Shown here: piece by piece, positions 28,014 through 36,847 of the stretch
Layout: each line of letters starts with the position of its first letter
Position numbering within the stretch: position 1 is the stretch's first letter
DNA from: an uncultured Planctomycetota bacterium
Lineage (GTDB): Bacteria; Planctomycetota; SKW154; DAOVDS01
Reading direction: 5' to 3'
Length of the DNA: 64,000 nt
NCBI GenBank assembly: GCA_964641955.1
Contig: CAZXNM010000003.1
Location: 197,813-261,812, forward strand
Made by a program: the position numbers and the translations under genes
The notes under the pieces: generated by a model
Seen by the model: only the letters and a program-made list of their open reading frames with translations
Told to the model about the DNA's origin: nothing
The model's database searches: none

Positions 28014-28766
28014 TTGAACACAGGGCAGGCATCCAAACACCTTGAAGAGCTGGAAGCCTACTACGCCGCGCAGGCGAGGTGGACGAAGGCAGCGCGCAGC
28101 TACCTTTACAGGCGCGCGGGCGTGACAAGGGCCCGAAGGATACTCGAGGTCGGGTGCGGTACGGGCGAGATAACGAGCGAACTTGCCCGCAGGGCGAAGG
28201 CGAGCATTACGGCGGTCGATATCGACGGCGCGATGGCGCAGTACACCCGGGAACGCGTGCTTTCGGCAGATGTGATAGCGGCAGATGCGGCGAGCCTCGA
28301 TTTCCCTGACGGCTCGTTTGACGTGGCGGTCTGCCACTTTACCCTGATGTGGTGCAGTGAACCTGCGGCAGTTCTCGTGGAGATGGCGAGGGTTGTGAGG
28401 AAATCGGGGTGCGTAATCGCGCTTTCCGAGCCGGATTACGGGGGTGCGCTGGAGTACCCGGATTCCATGGGATACCTGCGCCTTGTGGCGGAAGGCCTGC
28501 GCCGGCGCGGCGCCGACCCGGAAATCGGGAGGAAACTGTACAACATATTTTCGCAGGCTTCTCTTGAGACGGAAACGGGCCTTGCGAGCACGGTGTGGAC
28601 CGGAGAGTCCTCGAAGGCCGACTTCGAAGCCTGCCGCTGGCTCGTACGGGATGTGGTCGATGAGGAGGAGTTCATCAGAATCAGGAATGCGCACTGTGAT
28701 GCGCTGCCGGTGGAAGGATGTATATGCTTCCTGCCGGTATTCTGGGCCTTCGGGCTCAAGAAGTAG
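28014..28766 (+). CDS. class I SAM-dependent methyltransferase
   Basis: Motif I ILEVGCGTGEIT, motif II/post-I DIDGAMAQ, FDVAVCHFTLMW. TTG start is uncertain. Confidence 0.75.
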   Translation: MNTGQASKHLEELEAYYAAQARWTKAARSYLYRRAGVTRARRILEVGCGTGEITSELARRAKASITAVDIDGAMAQYTRERVLSADVIAADAASLDFPDGSFDVAVCHFTLMWCSEPAAVLVEMARVVRKSGCVIALSEPDYGGALEYPDSMGYLRLVAEGLRRRGADPEIGRKLYNIFSQASLETETGLASTVWTGESSKADFEACRWLVRDVVDEEEFIRIRNAHCDALPVEGCICFLPVFWAFGLKK

Positions 28767-28784
28767 TTTGACAAGGAGGAAGAA

Positions 28785-29783
28785 ATGCCTGAGCTGCGTC
28801 AGAACATGGCCACGAAGGAGTGGGTCATAATCGCGACCGAGAGGGCCAAGAGACCGGACCAGTTCAAGTCCGAGTCGAAATCCGACGAGGAGGTTCCCGA
28901 GTACGACCCGAAGTGCCCGTTCTGTCCCGGCAAGGAGGACAAGACGCCTCCCGAGACGTATCGCATCGATAAGGACGGGAAGTGGCTGGTGCGTTCCTTT
29001 CCCAACAAGTTCGCCGCGCTGCTGCCCGAGGGTGATACCGACAATGCGTTCACCGGCGTGATGCGCAAGATGAACGGCGTGGGCTTCCACGAGGTGATTG
29101 CCGAAACGCCGCTGCACAACCAGCACATGTCGAGCCTGGATATCGACCATTTCGCCAGCGTAATCAAGGTGTATCACCAGCGCTTCAATCACATCGCCGC
29201 CGACCCCCGAATCGAGCAGGTGATAATCTTCAAGAACCACGGTGCCGGCGCGGGCACCTCGCTTGTTCACCCGCATTCGCAGCTTATTGCCCTGCCCGTC
29301 GTGCCCGCTCATATCAGGCATCGCGTCGAGGAGGCGATGCGCTACTTCGACGACCACGGCGAGTGCGTCATGTGCGAGATGATGGAAATGGAGCTGAAAG
29401 AGAAGACGCGCGTGGTCCTTGAGACGGAGCATTTCGTGAGCTTCGTTCCTTACGCAAGCTTTTCTCCTTTTCACGTATGGCTCGTTCCGAAGGAGCATCT
29501 CTCCTGCTTCGGCCACATATCCGAGGATGTGATGCCGGATATGGCGCGCAATCTCAGGAGCGTCCTGCAGAGGCTGTACGTCGGGCTGAACAACCCGGAT
29601 TTCAATCTGGTGGTCAATTCCGCGCCTCTTGACGGCGGCACGCGATACTACCACTGGTATCTTTCCGTGGTTCCCCGCGTAACCAGGACGGCCGGCTTCG
29701 AGCTCGGCTCGGGGATGTTCATCAACACCTCGCTTCCGGAGGCGGGTGCGCAGTACCTGAGGGAACAGGAAGTGGAGGACTGA
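28785..29783 (+). CDS. galT: galactose-1-phosphate uridylyltransferase-family (GalT-type HIT) nucleotidyltransferase
   Basis: Zn site KCPFCPG plus the HxHxQ active site (HPHSQLIAL), about 330 aa. AGGAGGA RBS. Substrate specificity not inferable. Confidence 0.75.
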   Translation: MPELRQNMATKEWVIIATERAKRPDQFKSESKSDEEVPEYDPKCPFCPGKEDKTPPETYRIDKDGKWLVRSFPNKFAALLPEGDTDNAFTGVMRKMNGVGFHEVIAETPLHNQHMSSLDIDHFASVIKVYHQRFNHIAADPRIEQVIIFKNHGAGAGTSLVHPHSQLIALPVVPAHIRHRVEEAMRYFDDHGECVMCEMMEMELKEKTRVVLETEHFVSFVPYASFSPFHVWLVPKEHLSCFGHISEDVMPDMARNLRSVLQRLYVGLNNPDFNLVVNSAPLDGGTRYYHWYLSVVPRVTRTAGFELGSGMFINTSLPEAGAQYLREQEVED

Positions 29784-29790
29784 AAAGGGG

Positions 29791-30813
29791 ATGAAGAACC
29801 GCATCCTCAGGAGGGCTCAGCTATTCGGGCGCGCCCTGGCATGCGCCGCAAGGTCGCGTCTCCTGACGCACCGCCCGTTCACCCTGTCGCACAGGATAAC
29901 CGGGCGGTGCAACGCCCGATGCGAGACTTGCCTGTGGAGGGGCAGGTTCGAGGAGGAAGCCGGTACCGACCGGATTGTCGAGGCTTACGAGCGCGCACGT
30001 GATGCGGGTTTCATATCGACGACATTCTGGGGCGGCGAGCCGCTGCTGCGCGCCGATATGCCGGAAATCGCGCGCCGCGTCCGCGGCCTTGGCCTGACGG
30101 TGGGGCTCATCACGAACGGCTATTATCTTCCCGAGAAGGCGCGGGAGCTTTCTGGCGCCCTCGACTATATCATTGTATCGCTGGATGTGCCGAATCCCGG
30201 GCACGACAGGCTGAGAGGGGTAGAGGGCATCTTCGACAGGGCGGTCGAGGGGATGCGCGTTCTTAGGAGCTTCGACCCGACGGTCAAGATTTTCATCAAC
30301 TCGGTCGTCAGCAGGTTGTCCTATCCGGCGGTGCCCGGGATGGCCGACTTCGCCCGCAGACTCGGCCTTTCCGTGACGTTCGAGTCCACGAACACGGGCG
30401 TGACTCTCGACGGGACGCGCAATGTGCAGTTGAGGCTGCCGCCCGACATTGAGCGGGAGGCTTTCGACAGGATACTGGCGATGAAGATGCGCGGCCTGCC
30501 CGTCAACAACTCGTCCACGTATCTCCGGATGTTCGCGACCGGGCGCACGCGCTACGCCTGCCAGAATCCGAAAGTGGCCCTTGGCGTCGGACCGGACGGC
30601 ACAATCACCGCCTGTCTCGACAGGCCGGTTTCCCTGGGCAACTTCTACAGCGACAGCCTGGTGGAGATTTTGGACAGTTCGATTCTCATGGATATGCAGG
30701 CGAGAGCGGAGAACTGCTGGCTCTGCGTGGACAGCGGGACAATCGAAACCTCGCTCTTCTGGCAGTTCAGGCGGGAGGTGGTCTTGAGCACGCTGAGGTT
30801 ATTCTTGAAATGA
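29791..30813 (+). CDS. radical SAM protein (MoaA/NifB/PqqE-like, with C-terminal twitch/SPASM-like Cys cluster)
   Basis: ITGRCNARCETC (CxxxCxxC), GGEPLL glycine-rich SAM motif, C-terminal C...C...CWLC. Confidence 0.8.
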   Translation: MKNRILRRAQLFGRALACAARSRLLTHRPFTLSHRITGRCNARCETCLWRGRFEEEAGTDRIVEAYERARDAGFISTTFWGGEPLLRADMPEIARRVRGLGLTVGLITNGYYLPEKARELSGALDYIIVSLDVPNPGHDRLRGVEGIFDRAVEGMRVLRSFDPTVKIFINSVVSRLSYPAVPGMADFARRLGLSVTFESTNTGVTLDGTRNVQLRLPPDIEREAFDRILAMKMRGLPVNNSSTYLRMFATGRTRYACQNPKVALGVGPDGTITACLDRPVSLGNFYSDSLVEILDSSILMDMQARAENCWLCVDSGTIETSLFWQFRREVVLSTLRLFLK

Positions 30814-31631
30814 GCGGTGCGGACAGCATGCTGGATTTTGCGATTGATGTTTCGAAACGGGCCGGAAAGAAGCTGCTCGGCCGGTTCGAAAAGCTGGGCC
30901 GGTCCGATATCTCGTTCAAGGGCAAGCGCAATCTCGTGACCGTTGCGGACAACGAATCGGAAGAGTTCATCGTCGCCGAGATACGCCGTTCGTTCCCGGA
31001 GCATACGATTCTGGCCGAGGAGCGGACGAAGGACAGGGAAGAAACCGGGTACAGGTGGATAATCGACCCGCTCGACGGCACGATTAACTACGCGCACGGC
31101 CACCCGTTCTTCTGCGTCGCCATGGCGCTTTTGAGGGAAGGCGAGGTCGTGCTCGGGGTCGTGCATGCGCCGCTGCTTGGCGAGACGTATCATGCCGAGT
31201 TGGGAAAAGGGGCTTTCCTCGGCGGCAGGAAGCTCTCCGTAAGCGATTCGGACGAGCTGATAAACTCGCTGCTGGCGACCGGGTTCGCTTACGTTCGCGA
31301 AGAGACGATGTCGAACAACCTCGCCAATTTCAGCCGCCTGTCGCTGAAGGCGCGGGGAGTGAGGCGCTACGGTTCGGCCGCAATCGACCTCGCCTACGTG
31401 GCGGCCGGGCGGCTGGATGGCTTCTGGGAGTTGTACCTGGCGCCTTGGGACGTGGCGGCCGGCAGCCTTCTTGTTACCGAGGCGGGAGGAAAAGTTACTG
31501 ATATCGCCGGCGGAGATGATTACATTTACGGCCAGAACATCGTTGCATCAAACGGGTGCATTCATGATATTATAAGAGAGAATATTGAACCGTTCGAGCG
31601 AAGTGAGCGCACCGACAGTCAGGGCGACTGA
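30810..31631 (+). CDS. inositol monophosphatase-family (SuhB/CysQ/FBPase-like) phosphatase
   Basis: IDPLDGTINYAHG and WDVAAGSLLVTEAGG motifs. ATGA start/stop overlap with the upstream radical SAM gene (translational coupling). Confidence 0.85.
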   Translation: MSGADSMLDFAIDVSKRAGKKLLGRFEKLGRSDISFKGKRNLVTVADNESEEFIVAEIRRSFPEHTILAEERTKDREETGYRWIIDPLDGTINYAHGHPFFCVAMALLREGEVVLGVVHAPLLGETYHAELGKGAFLGGRKLSVSDSDELINSLLATGFAYVREETMSNNLANFSRLSLKARGVRRYGSAAIDLAYVAAGRLDGFWELYLAPWDVAAGSLLVTEAGGKVTDIAGGDDYIYGQNIVASNGCIHDIIRENIEPFERSERTDSQGD

Positions 31632-31652
31632 GTGCATTAAGGAGGAAGCGAC

Positions 31653-32195
31653 TTGTATCTCAAACTTACGGCGGCGGCGTTTCTCTTGCTGGCGGCATGT
31701 GTCGGCTGCGTATCACCGCCAACGGGCGCCGCGCCCGACCCGGGACGGACAGGTCTTCACCAGAAGGGAATCGCGATTGCGGCCAAGGATGCCTTGAAGG
31801 ATATCAACCTCAAGACGCTGGCGGGCATGAAGGTTTGGGTCGATGTGGCCTGCCTCTCGGGGCTTCAGTCGGGCGGCGACCGAAGCGAGGATGCGCGCTT
31901 CCTGGAAAACCTGATTGTTGAGATGCTCGTCGAAAGCAGGATAAGAATCGTCGAGAAGCGCGAGGCCGAGGCCGTGCTGCGCGGCGTCTGCGAGGTGATG
32001 GGCACCGATTCGGTAATCCGCGTCTTCCCGCATCCGCTGCTGCCGCTTATGTACTACGCCAAGCACAAGGCGCACGTCAAGCTGCACCTGTACGCATACG
32101 AGCCGAAGGATTCCCAGCCGATAACCGTCGCCGACTGCGAGGGGTCGTACTCGTGGTCCGAATGGTCGATATTCGGCCTGGGGCCTTACCGCTGA
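31653..32195 (+). CDS. lipoprotein, function unknown
   Basis: Lipobox LAACVGC. GGAGGA RBS before the TTG start. Last gene of the plus-strand operon. Confidence 0.5.
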   Translation: MYLKLTAAAFLLLAACVGCVSPPTGAAPDPGRTGLHQKGIAIAAKDALKDINLKTLAGMKVWVDVACLSGLQSGGDRSEDARFLENLIVEMLVESRIRIVEKREAEAVLRGVCEVMGTDSVIRVFPHPLLPLMYYAKHKAHVKLHLYAYEPKDSQPITVADCEGSYSWSEWSIFGLGPYR

Positions 32196-32722
32196 GCCTT
32201 GAGCCGGCGCATGTACGCCTGCCGCACCGAGGCGAAGAACTCGTGATAATCCTCCAGGCGGTAATCCGGAAACGTCCAGGGCAGGATTCTGAAGGAGCCG
32301 TTTGCATACTGCAGGGTGATTTCGCCGTACACACCCTTCCCGAGGTATATCCTGTGCGAGAAGTTCTTGCAGGATGCGAGAATCAGCTTCGACGGCAGCA
32401 GCAGCCCGGGGTCAACGTTGACCGGCCTCTTAACTCCGTGCATGCCGGAAAATTCCTCTTCGAGCCTGTTGGTTGAAAGTTTGGCCCTGACAAGCGATTC
32501 CTGCTCTACAAGATTTTCGAAAGCGTAAAATTTGCGCCAGAGGCCCGTTCCCATTTCAGCCTCGTAGTATTCGGTGCTGTCGAAGGCCATTGTCTCGCTT
32601 TCGAGGTCCGTCTTTCCGAAAAGTTTTTCGAGCTTGTCTTTCAATTCGGGGAGAATCTCCTGCGAGGCTGCGAGCACTCCCGCGAATAATTTTGCCTTGT
32701 CGGGTTTGCTGGGTTGTGCCAT
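32186..32722 (-). CDS. DUF4416 domain-containing protein
   Basis: 178 aa. MAFDSTEYYEAEMG motif recalled as typical of DUF4416. No further functional clue. Confidence 0.5.
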   Translation of the reverse strand: MAQPSKPDKAKLFAGVLAASQEILPELKDKLEKLFGKTDLESETMAFDSTEYYEAEMGTGLWRKFYAFENLVEQESLVRAKLSTNRLEEEFSGMHGVKRPVNVDPGLLLPSKLILASCKNFSHRIYLGKGVYGEITLQYANGSFRILPWTFPDYRLEDYHEFFASVRQAYMRRLKAQR

Positions 32723-32725
32723 TTC

Positions 32726-33589
32726 TCAAACCTCGCCGATGCGCAGGGAATGGAGTCCCGATATTACGGCGAACGTCTTTTCGTCTTTATGTGCCCGTCC
32801 CCACGAGCCATCCCTGCCGGCGGTCCGGGCCAGCCTGTCAAGCGCGAACTCGAACTCCTTTAGCGCATCGAGACCTCCGATAACGCCGAGCGTTTCCAGC
32901 GTGAAGAAGAACGGGAATCCTTTCCAGTTGCCGGATGCCGTTCTGCGGCTTCTGAGCGTTTTCAGGCCTTCGTTCGCGTATGGCCGGTACTGCGGAAAAC
33001 AGTTCGCGACGCGCCAGAAGGCGCCCGTGCAGTTCCAGCAGCAGTAAATGCCCCGCCGCGAGAACTTCACCATGTTTCTGAAGGCTTCCAGCATGTCGCC
33101 GACGCGAGGGTCATCCTTCGCGCCTGCATCGAGGAGGACTCCAAGTGCAAGCTCGCCGTAAATGTGGCAGAACGAGGCTCGTGAGGGGAGTCTCTCGCCG
33201 GTAGGCAGTATGAAGGCATTCTTGAGGTCGCTCTCGGTGGGTGCGGGAAACACGCCGCGATACGAATGGGGCTGCCCCTGCCGCCACAGGAGCCATTCCG
33301 CGGCATCGGCGACGTGCGGGTCGGAGACGTCATAACCGAGGCGCACAAGCAGGTCGAGCCGGCGCACCGTCTCTACGAGCGAGTCGTTCCACGAGCCATT
33401 GCTGCGCTGGCCGGCGGTCAGGGCCTTGTATGCGGCACGCGTGTCGGCCTCGTCGAACAGCGCAAGGGCGGCCAATGAAAGAGGAGTGGACCGGCTGCGG
33501 AAGTAGTCGATAGCATCTTTTCTCTCTGTCACGTCCTCTCCGTCGGGGCGGGCTGTTTCGGCCCGCACGCCTTGACGCACACGCCGCAT
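32726..33589 (-). CDS. hypothetical protein with QW-type (prenyltransferase/squalene-cyclase-like alpha-alpha toroid) repeats
   Basis: Recurrent Q...NGSW / SGNWKG / DGSWGR motifs. Low-confidence family call. Confidence 0.35.
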   Translation of the reverse strand: MRRVRQGVRAETARPDGEDVTERKDAIDYFRSRSTPLSLAALALFDEADTRAAYKALTAGQRSNGSWNDSLVETVRRLDLLVRLGYDVSDPHVADAAEWLLWRQGQPHSYRGVFPAPTESDLKNAFILPTGERLPSRASFCHIYGELALGVLLDAGAKDDPRVGDMLEAFRNMVKFSRRGIYCCWNCTGAFWRVANCFPQYRPYANEGLKTLRSRRTASGNWKGFPFFFTLETLGVIGGLDALKEFEFALDRLARTAGRDGSWGRAHKDEKTFAVISGLHSLRIGEV

Positions 33590-34227
33590 ATCCGCTGGCC
33601 TATGAACTGTATCCTGGAAAATTCCGCGAGCTTGTCCGAGCAGGCTTGTACGTCGAAATCCGCCGGGTCATCCTTTATCGCGCCCGCGGGGCAGACGGCG
33701 ATGCACGCGCGGCACGAGCCGCAGTTCATCTCGAACGGAGAATTTGCGGCTTCGACGGGCATATCCGTGAGTACCGACACGAGACGCATCCGGGAGCCGT
33801 ATTGCGCCGTGACAAGGAGGTTGTTCCGCCCGCGCCATCCGAGCCCGGCCGCCTCGGCGAGAAGCCTGTGCGAGATGTGGCCCTTCGCCACGGGATGCCA
33901 CGATGTGACCTGCGATGCGGCGACCGCGAAGGCTTTTGCGCCGTTGCGCTCGGTAGCAATGGCGGCATTCACAGCGAACCTGTCGAGAATATAGTTTAGC
34001 TGCCTGTAGTGGTGAAAATACGCGGTTGTGGGGCGGTCTGTAATTCCTTCGAGACAGCCGGCCGGCACGGGCATTCCGAATACGAACGCCCTCGTAAAAT
34101 TTCCCGGGATATCTTCGAGCAGCGCGGGATATTCTTCCTGAAGCTCTTCGAGATTGCAGATGCCGAACGCGCTTATCCCGCTGCCGCGGGCTTCCGTCTT
34201 AAGTTGGTCTATGAGACCTTTTGACAT
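33529..34227 (-). CDS. 4Fe-4S cluster protein, epoxyqueuosine-reductase (QueG)-like
   Basis: CGSCRACIAVCPAGAI ferredoxin motif plus a second CxxC...CGP cluster, and an N-terminal QueG-like region. Only 232 aa, so the call is tentative. Confidence 0.45.
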   Translation of the reverse strand: MSKGLIDQLKTEARGSGISAFGICNLEELQEEYPALLEDIPGNFTRAFVFGMPVPAGCLEGITDRPTTAYFHHYRQLNYILDRFAVNAAIATERNGAKAFAVAASQVTSWHPVAKGHISHRLLAEAAGLGWRGRNNLLVTAQYGSRMRLVSVLTDMPVEAANSPFEMNCGSCRACIAVCPAGAIKDDPADFDVQACSDKLAEFSRIQFIGQRICGVCVKACGPKQPAPTERT

Positions 34228-34238
34228 GCCGGAGGAGT

Positions 34239-34610
34239 CTACTTCTGGCCCGTGACCTGGACCCTGCTGACCTTGTTCCTGCCCGCGAGGTACACGCAGT
34301 AGGTCTTGAAATCCTTCATGTCCTTCTCGTCAACAAGCGCGTACGCGAGGATATGGACCCGGTCTCCCGGCTGGCCGAGCCTTGCAGCCGGGCCGTTCAG
34401 GCATATCTGCCCGGTGTTCTTCCTGCCCTTGATAACGAACGTCTGTAATCTCGCCCCGTTGTTGAGATTGAGCACTTCGACCTTCTCGTTCGGCAGAAGG
34501 CCCGTCTTCTCGAGCATCACGGGGTCGAGCGTTATCGAGCCCCCGTATTCAAGTTCGGTCTTTGTCACGGTAGCGTTGTGAATCTTGACTCTAAGCATTT
34601 CCCTAAGCAT
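34239..34610 (-). CDS. panD: aspartate 1-decarboxylase
   Basis: MLREMLRVKIHNATVT...LEYGGSITLD (self-processing Gly-Ser site), about 123 aa. Confidence 0.9.
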   Translation of the reverse strand: MLREMLRVKIHNATVTKTELEYGGSITLDPVMLEKTGLLPNEKVEVLNLNNGARLQTFVIKGRKNTGQICLNGPAARLGQPGDRVHILAYALVDEKDMKDFKTYCVYLAGRNKVSRVQVTGQK

Positions 34611-35475
34611 TATTACCTCGCGGCGCGTTCAGAATCATGTTGTCAATCAGGCGCGTATCTCCGACGAATACCGCCAGCACGGCGACACACTTCCCGTTCA
34701 CATTTTCAAGACTTTCCAGCGACTCGGGGTCAACTATATCGGCATATTCGAGCCTCGCCGCCGGAGCCTGCGCTATTATACCTGTCATGCGGGACTTTAC
34801 AAGCTCGGCTTCGGTGATTTTTTCCTCTTCGACGGCATTCTTCGCATCGAGCATCGCACGGTAGAGGCAGGTCGCCTGTTCGCGTTCTTCCGGCGAGAGA
34901 TAGGCGTTCCTGCTCGACATTGCGAGGCCATCTTCCTCGCGCACGGTGGGACAGACCACGACCTCAACGTCGAGGTCGAAGTCTTTGACCATTCTGCGGA
35001 TAATCACCGACTGCTGGTAATCTTTCTGGCCGAAGTAAGCCATGTGCGGTTTGCATACGTTGAGCAGTTTCAGGACTATCGTATCGACGCCCCGGAAGTG
35101 GCCCGGCCTGCTCGCGCCGCAAAGCTTGCTTCCGAGGGAGTCCTCCGGCTCCGCGTACGTTGCGAAGCCGGGGGGGTACATCTGCCTGGTCGAGGGCGCG
35201 AAGACCAGGTCCACGCCTTCTCTCGCGCACAGCTCGACATCTCTTTCGAGGTTACGGGGATACTTGTCGAGGTCCTCGCCGGCCCCGAACTGGGTCGGAT
35301 TGACGAAGATGCTGACGCAGACGTAACCGCACTCCTCACGCGCCCTGCGCACGAGCGAGAGATGCCCCTCGTGAAGCGCTCCCATGGTCGGCACGATGCC
35401 GATGGTCTTGCCTATAGCCCGGGCGGCGGAAATGCTCTTCCTCGTTTCAGAAATGGTGGTCAGAATTTCTGGCAT
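34603..35475 (-). CDS. panC: pantoate--beta-alanine ligase
   Basis: VPTMGALHEGHLSLV (HIGH-type), SIFVNPTQF and FGQKDYQQ motifs. ATG at 35475 chosen (MPEIL...). Confidence 0.9.
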   Translation of the reverse strand: MPEILTTISETRKSISAARAIGKTIGIVPTMGALHEGHLSLVRRAREECGYVCVSIFVNPTQFGAGEDLDKYPRNLERDVELCAREGVDLVFAPSTRQMYPPGFATYAEPEDSLGSKLCGASRPGHFRGVDTIVLKLLNVCKPHMAYFGQKDYQQSVIIRRMVKDFDLDVEVVVCPTVREEDGLAMSSRNAYLSPEEREQATCLYRAMLDAKNAVEEEKITEAELVKSRMTGIIAQAPAARLEYADIVDPESLESLENVNGKCVAVLAVFVGDTRLIDNMILNAPRGNNA

Positions 35476-35480
35476 TGCAG

Positions 35481-35981
35481 CTATACATCCAGACAAACGT
35501 TCAACAGGTCCAAGCCGCTCGTTCCGAAAACGGGATGCTTGAAGTCCGGCGCGATTTCGAGCAGGGGCCGGAGAACGAACCCGCGCTCGTGCATCAGCGG
35601 GTGCGGAATGGACAGAGTCGGGCTCACGTATACGAGGTCGTCGAGGGTCAGGATGTCGATGTCGATTGTCCGCGGCCCCCAGTGTTCCCTGCGCACGCGA
35701 CCGAGGTCGCTTTCTATGCTCAGCACGGTCCTTAAAAGGTCCTCGGGCTCGAGCGAGGTTTCTATCTCTACCACCGCGTTGAGGAACCTGCCCTGGTCGG
35801 GTCCTCCGACCGGCTCCGTTTCGTAGAACGAGGACTTCTTGAGGACACGGATTCTCCGGTGAGAGTTGAGCGCGTTTATTGCACTGTTGAGATTTTCAGC
35901 CCTGTTCGCGAGATTCGAGCCGAGGGCGAGAAATCCCCTCCTGGCGGGGGAACTCAAGGCTTTTTTCCTGGTTCGAGTCAA
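35481..35981 (-). CDS. folK: 2-amino-4-hydroxy-6-hydroxymethyldihydropteridine diphosphokinase
   Basis: LALGSNL...YETEPVG...FLNAVVEIET...WGPRTIDIDIL HPPK signature. Confidence 0.85.
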   Translation of the reverse strand: MTRTRKKALSSPARRGFLALGSNLANRAENLNSAINALNSHRRIRVLKKSSFYETEPVGGPDQGRFLNAVVEIETSLEPEDLLRTVLSIESDLGRVRREHWGPRTIDIDILTLDDLVYVSPTLSIPHPLMHERGFVLRPLLEIAPDFKHPVFGTSGLDLLNVCLDV

Positions 35982-35986
35982 TGGAA

Positions 35987-36847
35987 CTACCTTGCAATAC
36001 CGTCCTCGGTCGGCGCCTTCTCGGCCGATTTGGAACGGAAATAGCCCACCGCATACTGGATGGGACCCATCGCCACGTAACCTGCGAATATGAACACGAG
36101 CGTAATCTGTGGAATCAGCGCTATCAGGACGAAGGTGAATATGAGATAAGTGAAGTAATCGAAGGTCCTTTTCTCCTTGAATATCTTGTTGAGGACGTGA
36201 ACGTATCGAATGCGGCTCGAAACCATGAGGAACGCGAGGATTATCATAAGGAGCGGCATCATTGTCTGGGCGAAGTGGAGCAGGCTGGCCATGTTCTCCC
36301 CGCCGAACATCTGGTGCAGGTGTCCGACGACTTCGTTCCTCGCGGGTGGGGAAAGGTAATTCAGGAATATGACAAGCGATGCGACCAGCCCGCCAGCACC
36401 CGGCGTGGGCAGGCCGACGAAGTGCATGTGCGAATCATCGCCGTGTTCGTTTTCCACGTTGTACCGGGCCAGTCGAAGCAGCGCGGCCATTGCGTATGCG
36501 AGGCAGAAGAACCAGGTCACTTGCGCCCAGAACGTCTCCGGTCCGGAGCCGGCAAGGAGCTTGGAATTCCACATGGTGACGAGCGCCGCGGGAGCTACTC
36601 CGAAGGATATCGCGTCCGCCAGAGAGTCGAGCTGCCCGCCGAAATCGCTGGTCGCGTTAGTCATCCGGGCGATCTTTCCGTCAACTGCGTCGAAAAGCAT
36701 TGCCAGCAGAATAAGGTACGCCGCCTGTACGAGGAACTGGACGTCGCCGCCGGAATGCACGAAAGAGGCGACCTTGACGATTGCTGCAAAGCCGCATGCC
36801 GCGTTTCCCAGCGTAAAGAGGCAGGGAAGCGTGGAAAGATTTTTCAC
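35987..36847 (-). CDS. pssA: CDP-diacylglycerol--serine O-phosphatidyltransferase (CDP-alcohol phosphatidyltransferase family)
   Basis: DAVDGKIAR...GGQLDSLADAISFGVAP signature. Polytopic. Immediately upstream of psd. Confidence 0.8.
   Translation of the reverse strand: MKNLSTLPCLFTLGNAACGFAAIVKVASFVHSGGDVQFLVQAAYLILLAMLFDAVDGKIARMTNATSDFGGQLDSLADAISFGVAPAALVTMWNSKLLAGSGPETFWAQVTWFFCLAYAMAALLRLARYNVENEHGDDSHMHFVGLPTPGAGGLVASLVIFLNYLSPPARNEVVGHLHQMFGGENMASLLHFAQTMMPLLMIILAFLMVSSRIRYVHVLNKIFKEKRTFDYFTYLIFTFVLIALIPQITLVFIFAGYVAMGPIQYAVGYFRSKSAEKAPTEDGIAR

Noticed and set aside
27798-29804. 668-aa minus-strand ORF
   Set aside because: Antisense across the rSAM, methyltransferase and GalT-like genes. 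No domain-like motifs. The sense strand has clear conserved motifs.
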